The position numbers and the translations under genes are program-made. DNA of 64,000 nt from Podospora anserina (Eukaryota): NCBI GenBank assembly GCA_017654855.1, contig CM030334.1, forward strand, positions 3,348,001 to 3,412,000, in the 5' to 3' direction. Numbering within the stretch: position 1 is the stretch's first letter; every line of letters begins with the position of its first letter. Positions 14,183 through 25,550 of this stretch are shown here, piece by piece. The notes under the pieces are model-generated. The model searched no databases, had not been told where the DNA came from, and saw only the letters and a program-made list of their open reading frames with translations.

Positions 14183-15448
14183 CGTTGTTGTTGGTGTTGT
14201 TGTCGGGTGTGCCGTCGTCTTCGTCGTCGGATTGGTGGGGGGTGCCGACGAGGTCGTTGTACTGCATTGTCTTGCGTTGGAGGACGCGTTTGTTGGTGCC
14301 GCGCATGCGCCGGTCTTTGATGAGGGCCATTTGCTCGTCGCTCATCCAACTGCCGATGTTCATGTCCAATGCTGGGTAGAACAACACCAAAGCTTCGGGG
14401 ATGGGGAGGTCGGTTTGCCCTTGAAAACGCCGGATCGGACTGCTGCCGCTTTCGGTGATCATAATCGTCATTGCCGTCGCCAATGTACCGCCGGCGCTGT
14501 CACCAGTAATGACCACCCTGGGAACCTGCTCCCCGCTCATTCCCACGCACCTCCCCTTTGACCTAATCAACGTGCAGTAAACATCATAACACTCATTCAG
14601 CGCGTACGGAAACGGGTACTCGGGCGCCTTTTTGTAATCCAAACTCAAAATCGGCAGCCCCGTCTTCGCCGCCCAAGCAAACAGCTTATCGTCATTGCAC
14701 CTCGGATCCATAGCCACAAACCCACCCCCAGGAATATCAAGCACAAGCTGGTTATGTCCCTGCTCCTTCAGCTCGCTGAGCGGCCCGTCAAAATACAGCC
14801 ACCCCTCCACCGGCTCCTTATAATCACTGGTACTCGGCCTAGGTATCCTCACCTGCCTAGGCGGCCACTTTGTCATTCTCGGCCTGACCAACCCCTGCAG
14901 CGTCCTCAAATAAGGGGACTCGACCCCCTTATTCCAGCTAACCCTCAGATGATCGACAGTGATATTCCCCCTGACCTTTCGCACCTTTTCATCAGCCTTT
15001 TCTGCCGCCACCATGTAAAACAGCGAGAAGACGATACTGGCGGCGTCACGGAGCCATTTTGTCTTGATGGGCATGGCGGTCCAGAAACCTGCGTCTAGGG
15101 CGGTGAGGATCCAGGTGGCACGGAAGTAGGTCGCGTCGTACATGTTGGCTAGGGGGTCGGGGGAGGCGAGGCCGACGAGGGTGGAAAAGTTGCGGGCTGA
15201 ATAGAGGTAGAGCATGGTGATTGTGAGCGTTTGCCAGAAGGTGAGGCGTCTGGAGAGGCATTTTGAGAAGAAGCGTACGATTGGGGGACCGTTTTTGTTG
15301 CCTCTGTTTGGGTTGCTATTAGCAAGGTGCTCTGTTGCAGGGCAGAGAAAACATACTTGAGGAGGTAGGCTGTCCAAAATGCCAGGACAGCCAGAACCTG
15401 TAGACGGCGGGACTTGACGGATGGTCGCCCCAAGACGTGGTCAATCAT
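12879..15448 (-). CDS. Hormone-sensitive-lipase-like alpha/beta hydrolase (Abhydrolase_3), 2 exons
   Basis: Exon 1 reads MIDHVLGRPS...YLLK. Intron 15304-15356 (GTATGT..GCTAAT..CAG). Motifs: oxyanion-like IPGGGF, nucleophile GDSAGG, 'ERDPLVDD', 'ISHGF'. Confidence 0.9.
14146..14202. repeat. (GTT)n coding microsatellite (poly-Asn in the lipase)
   Basis: Seen directly. Confidence 0.85.
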
Positions 15449-17407
15449 GGTGGCGGTTGAGTGGTGGTGGTGACGGCCACCTTCACCGTTGACCGTTGGA
15501 CGTTGTGTGTTTTGCTAGACAGTCAGACGTTGAGCGGCTTGTGGTGCTATCACGGGCGTTGGAGATTGGAGATGCGGCTTAAGGCGGTTCAAGGGATGGT
15601 GGTGTGGTTGCTGACAAGAGACAAGACACAAACAAAGACAAAGTGAAATCTGAGACAAACAAAGAGTTCAAGTTTCGTGGGAAAAATGGTAGGAAGTTCT
15701 CGAGACAGTCCGTCAGCAAGGAGCTAGTGTACAAGATAGAAAGGATAGACACGAGATGTGTGTCGAACATGAAAAAAAAGAATGAGAAAAACGACCTCAA
15801 AATGGCACATGGCCTGTCCAGCTCCGGCGGTCTAACCTGTTCCCATCTCTGGTTTCCGAGAGTCCAATGAGCAAGAAAAGCACAAGCGGAAAAAGCGGAG
15901 GTTTGAACGGGTGACGGGCTGTTTCGTTCCAGGCACTGTCCGCACGAATCATGGCGTCACGGGGTGTCGCTGCTCTTGATCATGCTGAGCTGAGAAAAGG
16001 CGGTGCTTTTGGCATGTGATTCAGCCAGGAACTGGGGGCCAGCAGCCTTGTCCATTGCTTGCGTGGGGGTGGGGTTTTGGGGTTGTGCGGAACCCCGACC
16101 GAAACCCCGCAGCCACCTCCACTCCCGTTGATTTGCATCGGTTTTTTTGTCTGGGGAAATGGAGTTCAATGCTTCTGTGGACATGGGGAACCTGTTTTCT
16201 TACGACTTCGATTATCTGGGCATTTGTCTGTCTTGAATGATTAACAGCCACAGAGGTAGAACAAGGGTTCATATTTGGTGCCGACAGCCATCTGCAGGAT
16301 CAAGTGACGCACAGTAAAAGAAAAGCCGTGAAATCCAAGACACCGACTGCATGCATCGCCGTCAGGGAACACAGCATGTGCCGACTCCGGGGCAGCTTTG
16401 GTTGGAACCTGGCGCCGGGAATCTTGGCTTGGGTGTTGCACTGACAGACGGACCAGTCCTGATTTGGGGCTAGGGCAATGCTTCTTTTTGCTTGTGATCG
16501 AGTGTTGGGTTCGTAGTTGTGATATTCGGGCACATTACGACGAAGGCAATTGCAAAGAAAGTGGCAGAAGATCCATTTGTCTGACTGAAAAAGAAGTCTA
16601 CTGAAATGAGACATCACATGGTGATACTTGAGCTAATCCAGCTTGCACTTGATCTTTCGATAGCTTCGTGTAGCGACAGGCAGACAGCAACTGGATTGTT
16701 ACTCGAGTCGCAAGCATGTGACTGTGTCTAGGGGACAGGCATATCTGACAATTCATTCTCTTGTGAAACCCAAGTTTAAGGCATCTTCAATAATCACAGG
16801 TCAGGCGGTGAGGCTTCTCTTCCCAATGGCTCAGCAAAACCAAGCACACAGTGAAAAAGGAAAACATCAAAAATTGCGACCGGGACGGACCCGAAGGCCA
16901 ATCCATGACGGAGAACTCCTCGCTGTGCAATGAAGGCTCCCCGCCATACTTTGAGAATTTCTTGATCCTCCCAAAGTCAATCAAGGTAAGTATGAAGAAG
17001 AAAAGAAAAGAAAAGAGGAAGAGGATTGGGCGGGAGGGGAGCCCTCCATATATACTCAGGTGTCATGGGTCCGTGCACTTCTGCAAATCCCCAACAGAGT
17101 GCGAAATGTCCGAGCGCCCTGTGGATGCCAGCTGGTGAACCGTGCCCTGAGATGAGAAAGACTTCCAGCTGGCAACCTCTTTTGTCTGACCTCATCGGCA
17201 GAGGTGGCAGCTCCTTGCTTTGCGCCTTCATCGCCCATCCGCCAGGCCATCGCACTGCACGTCACGCAGCGCAGCCATGCCCGTCACTAGCAGAAATCAA
17301 TTAAAGAATCATGCGCTGACGCGGACACGATAGCGCCCGCCGCCCGACCCCAGTCACCCCCTATCCAACTTCCACACAGTCGTTATCTTTCCTATCCAGC
17401 AGCCACC

Positions 17408-18910
17408 ATGGCCCGAATGTCCGCCGCCTCCTTTCTTTTCGTCGTCGTTTACAACTTTTTCTACTACGCCCTATACCTCGTCTGTATTGCCTTTCTCGTC
17501 GTCACCCCCGCCGATCTAATCCAGCAAGCCTTCGCAAAGAAACAAAACTGGAACATCTTGGTCGTCACTGTCTGCTACGTCGTTACTGTGTTGGTCATCT
17601 TCTTTATCTACGTTACCAGAATCTACATCAGCCGCAGTGTTCTCTCGTCAATACCCAAGAGCTGGATACCCATCGACAAGGGCGATGTACCGCGCAGTGT
17701 CAGGGAGATGATTGTGGAGGGGCTGAGCAGGAGCGCTGCCATTGCTTACGAGGCCAGGCCGAGAGTCCCGCACCCAATAATACAACCAGTAACGACACAT
17801 ACGGGAACTGTCGAAGAGAAACAGAAATCCAGCTGGAGGGGAAAATGGAGGAGTAAAAGCAGTGGAAGCGGAGGGGCCGTGTCTGTCATTGAGGGAGGAG
17901 ACGCGATTGGTCTCGAAATGGGCATGCTCCCTGATCAAAAACAGCAGCGTGCCGTATGGGGAGACATTGAACACCCTGGATGGTCATCACCGGTATCAAC
18001 GGGTTTGCCCCCGAACCTGCAGTACTCGACCGTTGTATCCGAACTTCCGAATCTTATCGAAGCCAAGGCGCTCACCCTTGCGCCACCGGATCCAGACTCA
18101 CGTACCCTGCCTCCAACACTTGACCCAGAAGCTGTCGCCATGTTGCAAAGGCCAGAAGGAGTAGGACTCAGGGAATACTTGGGTCTGTTGACCGAGATGG
18201 GAGTTCTGACGGCATCACCGACGACAATCGATTTTTTGTCGCAGTATGAACGAGCCCGATTCTCAGCCAGACCGCTGACCGGTGACGAGTTCCGAGAGTT
18301 GATGCATTTGTTTGCTGAAGTTTTGAGAAGCATGCAACCTTTTGATCCAGCCCTCGCTTATGACGATTACGACGATGACTCGTTTGATGATGGAATCCCA
18401 CAGGGAGAACGAGAAGGCGAACAGACACAGTCAGAGAGTGATATTGATAACGATGCGCCGAGAGGAACCAGTCCTTCTAGTGCAGGGCAGAGTTTGCATT
18501 CGGGCTTGGGTCTGGGGATAGGGATTGGTCAGAATGCCGGTGGTGATAACGACAGTCTGGGCGGAAAAAGCTCCAGTGCCTCAACGACATGGAGTCAGGG
18601 TCGTGGTTCAAGACATCTGAGACCTGGGATGGGAGTGCGAAACTCATCTGCCAACACCTGGCTGTACCAGACTGCGCCAACAACGCCAAAAAGCACCAGA
18701 CATGCTGGAGTGTCCGATTCCAGTGGCGACAGTGACGCAAACTCGTTTGCGCAAACCAGACATCCGTACCAAGTTGACGGCACCAGCGGCAGTGGCAGTG
18801 GAAGAAGTGTACGATCAGTAGGAACAAACGGAAGCGGAGGATCAGTCATCAGGCTGGCTGCCGATGGGGATGGAACAGACTTGCCATATGTGTTTACCGG
18901 TGTGAACTGA
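17408..18910 (+). CDS. Dlt1-like (defect at low temperature) membrane protein
   Basis: 500-aa ORF in a GCCACCATGG context. Two N-terminal hydrophobic segments are followed by 'TRIYISRSVLSSIPKSWIPIDKGDVP', which resembles the fungal Dlt1 family as I recall it. The tail is Ser/Gly-rich. Confidence 0.75.
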   Translation: MARMSAASFLFVVVYNFFYYALYLVCIAFLVVTPADLIQQAFAKKQNWNILVVTVCYVVTVLVIFFIYVTRIYISRSVLSSIPKSWIPIDKGDVPRSVREMIVEGLSRSAAIAYEARPRVPHPIIQPVTTHTGTVEEKQKSSWRGKWRSKSSGSGGAVSVIEGGDAIGLEMGMLPDQKQQRAVWGDIEHPGWSSPVSTGLPPNLQYSTVVSELPNLIEAKALTLAPPDPDSRTLPPTLDPEAVAMLQRPEGVGLREYLGLLTEMGVLTASPTTIDFLSQYERARFSARPLTGDEFRELMHLFAEVLRSMQPFDPALAYDDYDDDSFDDGIPQGEREGEQTQSESDIDNDAPRGTSPSSAGQSLHSGLGLGIGIGQNAGGDNDSLGGKSSSASTTWSQGRGSRHLRPGMGVRNSSANTWLYQTAPTTPKSTRHAGVSDSSGDSDANSFAQTRHPYQVDGTSGSGSGRSVRSVGTNGSGGSVIRLAADGDGTDLPYVFTGVN

Positions 18911-21604
18911 GAGAGTGCTGCTTATTATGTAGGATTATGGGACGAAGCAAGGCGTTTTTGGTAGGACTATGGTTAGTAGATGTAGGATCTTTTTGACGTA
19001 GTATATAATGATAATGTATTTCCAGGTAATTACTCCTGATATCAGGTTTGATGTTCATGATGCGCCACATGGAAGACAACAAGCCACTTTTACATCAGCA
19101 AATATCCGGTTTGCCAAGACAGCCACCCCCTTGTGCCCCCACTTTTGTTAGGGAAAAGGGGTAAACAAAACATGGGGTTGCTATGTGAGGTTGTGCTACG
19201 GGCGGGAGAGACTAAGACATTACACAGCATTGTTGAAGCGACATAAAAGGTTTAGGGAAGAATGATGAAGGAGCTGTTTGCTTAATGAAACTAAATGTAC
19301 GTGGATAAAGCATGTTCGATATCAGATGTGTCATGGACAGATGCGAGGTTGGAGCTGACTGTGTGATTTTTGGGGCGATATTGGGAAGGGAAGATTCAAA
19401 GAAGTCTGGTGAAGTCGCTTGAGGGGATATGTGTAATTTGTCGGTAGGACAGAAAGCTGTCTTGCAGCTGTTGGGAACAACTCTTGTTAGGACCGGTACT
19501 GAGACGCATTCCGACTTCTTACAAACAGATTATAACCACACGACTAGAGAAACTGCATCTTCTCACCCAAGAGACCACGGGAAAGTACGCCGCCTTTCTG
19601 CTTCCTCCCAGCGTAATCCCAACTCAACCCATATCCCCATGATTGCTGGGACAGCAGGAAATTTACACTCGAGGTCTCGGACTATCATACTCCCGTTTAA
19701 CGAATCCTCCTTTTTCATCCCCGAGCTTCGCGACCCTGCCACTGCCCAGACCTACCTGGGGTCGTTTCGCCACGAGCACCGACAATACCTCCAAGGTAAC
19801 AAAGGTTACCGTTAGGCCATGGCAAACATTCACCATTACCGCTCTGGAGCCCCTGCTCTCGTCGGATAGGCCTAGGGCGGAAATCCCGCTCCCGGGCGCT
19901 CCCGAACGCAGGCTGCCAGAAGGGACCAATTATTATGAAGCTCGCCGACGGGACCTGTACAGTTAGACAGGAGCTTCTCGACACTGTAGTACCATCCACA
20001 CCACGGTACGATAACCTCAGACGCTACCCCGCGGCCGTCCCCGGAAATCCGAAGTCCGGCGGTTGGGCTTCGAACTGGAGAAGGATCTGACGATGGGGTT
20101 AGTTCGTGTTCTGTAAGAGGGGGAGTTTGGGAAGGAGGGTGCAGTGGCGGGGTCGGGTTTGTAGGTGACTTTGGGGAGGGGATGGTGAGATTGATGTTGT
20201 TTCGAGGGGTGATGTGAGGGGGTTGGCTGGGATTGAGGTCAATAGCTAAGAAAGATGAGGGATGGGGGGAAGATGGTGTTGGGGTCGGCTTAAATCAACG
20301 GGATACTGGGATTGGACTGGAAAAAGACTTTGTCTGAGCTTGTCTAGTAACAACTGTGGGGCTTTTATGGCTGGATCGGGACTGTTGATAGGGCTTATGG
20401 TAACTTTGTTGGCTTTTTACGATTATACGGAGCAGGTTTGTTTTTTACTGTTTTAGTCGAAGGGTTTTTCTTTTAGTAGAATCTGCCGTTATAGCTGTTC
20501 CTTCCGGATTAAAGACTATGCAAGTCCCACCTCAATCTTCTCCTTGCGGCTGCTTATACATCATCTCTTTCCCTTTCAACCTTTTCTTTGTGATTTTCTT
20601 GTCGCAGTTGCTCTTGTTCGATGCTTCTGTCTTTGGTGGGTCTGGCTTCAATGGGCCACTATCTGAGCAAACAAGAACTTAAAATTACCTCGTGCCTTCG
20701 GCACAGCAGTTATCCTGGGAGGTTATTCCTGTTGTTGAGTGAGGGTACCAAGCCCTGTACACTGATGTGAGCGACATATCGCCTTGACCACCCAGCAGCT
20801 TTGGTGTATCAAAACCTCGACGGCTCCAATATGACGCCTGAGTCTGCTGACGATTTAACTCGAACATGGTGTCTTCTGGCATGTGCTTCCGTCGATAATG
20901 TTTGAATTCCGTGACCCATAACGGAATTGCGGTAATACCTGATGGTAGTCTGGTTCAGTGGTCTGAACAGTTCCTCACACTCGTTATCTCGGCGATCTGG
21001 AGCAGCTCAGCACCCTCGGTTTGATTGTAATGATTTCCTATGTATCTTGACGTCCTGATTCAACTGTTGCTATCCCTCCTGTGTATTCCATGTGTGCACA
21101 TCTCGAGTCTCATGTCCGTAATCACCAGTCCGCTGCTCCATATTCCCAGCTCACACCACCCACCGCCGGCCTCTCACCTCCGGCCATCACCAGCCTCCAT
21201 CCCCAGTCCCCATCCCCAGTCCCGCCAGCTCCTTCCCGCTTGCCTCAGCCGCTGTGAGTCACCCTCCTCAGCAGCCCCAGACCCGCTCAACACCTGGCAA
21301 CCACCCCGGCACCCTCCCCGGCACCGGCGGTCAATCCACACCGGCTTCCGGTCCCACAATTCTGGCCACACTGTCGCCAAACCGGAGCTACCTCCGAAAG
21401 TTTCCGCCGGTCCTCCCTCCCTCTCTCTCTTCTTCTTCATCCGCAACCAAAAAACGACGCCGGAACCGCCGGCACCACCAACCACCACCCACCAGCGACG
21501 ACATCCCCGTAAGTATCTTCGCTTCCACGCCCTGCTCTTGATCAGCTGGGACCAAAATATCTCGTCTGCTAACGCTTCAACTTTAGAAGAAACTCGAATA
21601 AAAA

Positions 21605-22108
21605 ATGAGCGGGCAATCCCCCACCGGGCGCGAGACCTTCTCGCTGCTCCCAGCGGCCGCGGGCTCCCCCTCCCGCAGCGAGTCGACTCCCTCTCTCTCC
21701 GGGGAGGAGGCTCAGGTGCTCGAGGCCGTGGCCATTTCTGTTTCTCGGCCTCCTGCTGCTGTTGTTGTGACTGTTGGGATTGCAACAAGGGCGGTGGAGG
21801 CTGGGGAGCAGACTGGTCCGTCGGCCGCCGAGGCGGATTCTGACTCTGAGACGCTCATGGGCGAGGAGGAGGAGGAGGAAGCTGAGGCGGACAGCTCCGG
21901 GTCGTCTTCGTCGGGGGGCGCTGCTACTCGCAGTAGCTTTCTGACTCCGGGGTGTGACCAGGGGATTGGGAAGGTGCTCGAGGATTTGAGGAAGGCGGAG
22001 GAGGCGAACAGGCGGGAGTGGGAGGAGAGGGGGAGGGCGAGGGTGGAGAGGGAGGAGGAGGTGAGGAGGTTGACGGGTAGGTTTTTTCCTTTTTCTCTTT
22101 TTGTTTGA
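21605..22108 (+). CDS. Hypothetical low-complexity acidic protein (orphan, model uncertain)
   Basis: 167-aa ATG ORF with the G-rich 3' end typical of genes here. It is preceded by a canonical intron-like segment at 21509-21586. Confidence 0.35.
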   Translation: MSGQSPTGRETFSLLPAAAGSPSRSESTPSLSGEEAQVLEAVAISVSRPPAAVVVTVGIATRAVEAGEQTGPSAAEADSDSETLMGEEEEEEAEADSSGSSSSGGAATRSSFLTPGCDQGIGKVLEDLRKAEEANRREWEERGRARVEREEEVRRLTGRFFPFSLFV

Positions 22109-23143
22109 TTTCATCGTGGCTTTCTGGATTTGGAACGAGTCAGTTTTGACTTGGGCTTTTGTTGCTTTGGACTCGGCAAAGTTGCCTTGGGGTGGACGAG
22201 CACACTCACCTTGCCTTTTGCTTTTTGTTCCATCTTCGAGTCTGGTCTCAATCCCGGCAAGTAGCCTTGAGATGGAAGAACACACATACCTTTCCTCATC
22301 CTCGAGTCTTTGGCATCGGCCTCGTGCTCAGATGGTTTGGGGCAATAGCTGGACTTGGACTTGGTCCAAGCAAGGTTGATTGCTCGGGTTGCTCTAGCAT
22401 CATTGCTCTTCGACAGCATGGCCGTTTGATGCTTGACCCTTTGGCTTTCCCGTTCCTTTCTTTTCATGTTTCTTCCAATTGTAGCCGCCGACTTGACTTT
22501 GATTCAAGGTTGGTTGCTTGCTCGGACGGTGTTGTTGATTGTTGACTAGGCGATCTCACCATGATCAACTTGTTTCCCTTGCCTTTCGTTCCATCCTTCT
22601 CTCCCGAGTGGGTGGATAGCTGGTTGGATTTCTGTTACAGCTGTGTTCCTCTTTTAGTTAGGATATAGAAAGAAGATCGAAGTCAGGATGAATGGTAACG
22701 TCACTTGCACAGAAGAGAGAACTGCGGCGGTGGTTGGGTGGCGTGCTGGCGTGGAAGTTGAGACGGGTGAGCCGGTACGTGAACAACGACAACAATGCCT
22801 GCAGTAATTACAGTGCAGGCCTAGGGAGCAGTCACTGATGGGACAATAGGTGGTGGCAGGGAGCGCTGGGGTGGTGGGACCGCAAGGGTCTGCCTTAAAA
22901 GACGACCTCGACGCTCCTCGGCAAACACTCTCCTCTTCACAACCCGGCGAAGACGAAGCGTGAGTGTCCCGACCTCCCTCCCGCCCTTTTGACTCGATCT
23001 TTTTGCTAATATCACCAAGTAACAACATGGATCCAAGAGAGACCCGTCGCCAACTTGTTGGCAACCTCAAGGAGGCCACGGCCAGGCGTGGTAAGTTCAG
23101 TTTGCATGCTCTTCACTCTGACACCCATCCCCAGCCCTCGACC

Positions 23144-25274
23144 ATGGCGGGACCTTCCTCTGTGTGGTCGCCCTCTGAACCCCCCTCAGCCTACTGCCTT
23201 GTGGAGCTTGGACCACCCGAGAGCTCAAGTGAGTTTGAGAGTATTCTAGCTGTTTTTCTCGCGGGGCTTTGGAGAGTTTCCCTTTCTCTCTTCATCACCA
23301 ACAGCCCAAAAAATGGACGGCCGCTTCGAACAGAACGTCACCAGCGGCATCCTTTCCCTTGCCGCTGGTGACGATGACTTCACCCGTCACCGTCCCGACC
23401 CCATCAACGTCCAAGCCGCCCAGGCCCACGCTTCTCGTTCGGGTTCTCAACGCCCAGTCGCGGTTCACAACCCGCCTGAGGCTGCGGAGAGAGCTGATAG
23501 AGGTCACTTACCCCCTCCCCAATCTGTTGTCTTTCACACCTTTGCTGCGACCTTTTCACCCACTGTTTGCTCGCTCACCCTCCCCTCTTCCTTTTTTCTC
23601 TTCTTCCCTTCTTCACTCAGCAACAACACAACGACTTGGTCAGCCTGCTAACATGAAGCCGACAGACAACAACAACGAGATGTCCCAGACATCCGCAGCG
23701 GAGGGCTTCGGCCGAGTCGGTGGCCCTGGGGAGCGCCCGGGCAGCATAGCTGCCTCGTCTGTTTACTCAGACGACCTCGCTCGCGGGGAGGGTCAATCTT
23801 GGGGACCCACTGGTGATGACGCAGATCCCTTCACTGCGTCATACACCAACGAGGAGGGGGAGCGATTCCCCTCCGAAATTCAACCGCTCCGGGTTGGTCT
23901 CGCTGACCAACCCCCTTCCGGCCTGAAGCGCTTTTCAGCGCTTCAAAACTACTCGTACCCGGCGACGTCCGCTCGCCATCAGAGCATCCTTCGGGATTAC
24001 TCCGCCTGGGCGGCCGAGCGCGGCCCTGGGCATGATGACGGTATGAATCGTCCATCTCATTTCATGTTCTTTTCACTTTTCATCCCGGTCGCTCCTCCGA
24101 ATTTCATTTTCGCCAACAGTCACTAACAAGCTTTTGGGCAGAAGGGTGGTCCAACTGGGACTACGAGGAGGCGAGAGCCAATGATCTTCGGATCTATGGC
24201 GAGGAAGACTCTGGCGAGGGTCCTTCCGGCGAGCAGTCAGACTCTTATGAGTCTATTTACGCTTGCTCCTCGCCCGACCCCGGGAAAGTCTCTCCCTCGG
24301 GAGAACCCCAAGCTCTCCCCCAGCCGACGAGAGCTCACCAGCACCACCAAGAGTCAGCTGACTCTTCTCGTCTTCTTCCTCCCCGCGCCGACCTCCAAGG
24401 CCGGGACGACTCACCGCTCGACCAATACATGCCGGTCGAGGCCCAAGCCGGCCCCTCTGCGCCTCGGCGCACGGGCACCAAGAACCTCTTCGGAGATGGC
24501 GGTTGGCTCGCTGATACCAGCTCCTCCGCGCAGCAGACCCCAGCTCAAAAGAAGCTGGAGAAGATCGCCGGTCCCAGGAGGAGCCCGAACAAGCCCAAGT
24601 CCCGCTTCCTTGGCGGCTTCATGAAGAAAGCTCGCGGGATCGTCGAATCACCCTCTCGCACCTTCGGCCCCCCGCTTCGCCGCTCGCCAGCTTCGATGCC
24701 ACAGCCGCCTCGCAGTGGTGAAGAACCTCCCACCCCGCCACCCCACATCCCTCGCCAGTCTCAGCTCGTCATCTCCCTCAGCCCTCGCGAGCAATCCCTT
24801 ATTTACTGTGAGCTCGACTTCGCCATCGCCGACGCTCTCAACGACTACATCATGTCGCAGTTCAACCTCGGCCGAGTTGATCATGCCACTATCAAGAAGA
24901 CCGCCGACGAGTGGGCCAAGAAGGGTTTACCCAAAGTCAAGGGCTTCCGCTACGACGTCGACACCCAGTTGTCCATCCTCCGCGCCCATATCGAGCAGTT
25001 CAAGTTCTACGGTCAGGCCGCCACGACCGTCCCGTCCATGCTCGGCATCATCGACACCATGAGGACCACGGCCCGCGAGATGCGTCTCCGCACTTACTGC
25101 GTTCCTGATGTGGTGATTAGCAAGTGGCTCTAGGACATCACTTCCTTCTTCGCCTTCATCTCAGTCGAGCGCCATAGAATCGACCTCCTCCAAACGGCCA
25201 AAGCCTTCTTTGAATCCTGCCGCGCGCGTGAAATCGCCCCCAGCCAGGACTCGCTGACACGCATCGACGAGTGA
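23144..25274 (+). CDS. Conserved-looking hypothetical protein, 4 exons, with an in-frame premature TAG at 25131-25133
   Basis: Introns 23229-23304 (GTGAGT..CAG), 23503-23665 (GTCACT..CTAAC..CAG) and 24041-24141 (GTATGA..CTAAC..CAG) all join in frame. The C-terminal domain 'LSPREQSLIYCELDF...GLPKVKGFRYDVDTQL...RTYCVPDVVISKWL*DITSFFAFI...' continues 46 codons past the TAG to TGA at 25272-25274. Confidence 0.75.
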
Positions 25275-25550
25275 TTCCGATGCCTATTTCGACTGGTTCC
25301 AGGCCTCTCTGCATTATCTGCACGCCTATACAAGTCTTTTCAACACCTCTCTGCATCACAAGAAGGCCTATTCGATGATCTTTCGAACGCCTATTAGTTG
25401 CGATTTGAGGCATATTTACATCAGTTTGAGGCCTATTCGATTTATTTCGACGCCTATTTCGTTTATTTTGAGGCCTGTTCGATGTTTTTCGACGCCTACC
25501 GAGTTTAGTTTGATGCCTTTTCAGTTCAGTTTGGCACCTGGTTGATTTCT
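25275..25550. repeat. Degenerate 21-bp-period array, about 13 units, consensus approximately TTTGAGGCCTATTCGATTTA
   Basis: GCCT-like cores at 25282, 25303, 25324, 25345, 25366, 25389, 25410, 25431, 25452, 25473, 25494, 25515 and 25536. Confidence 0.8.
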
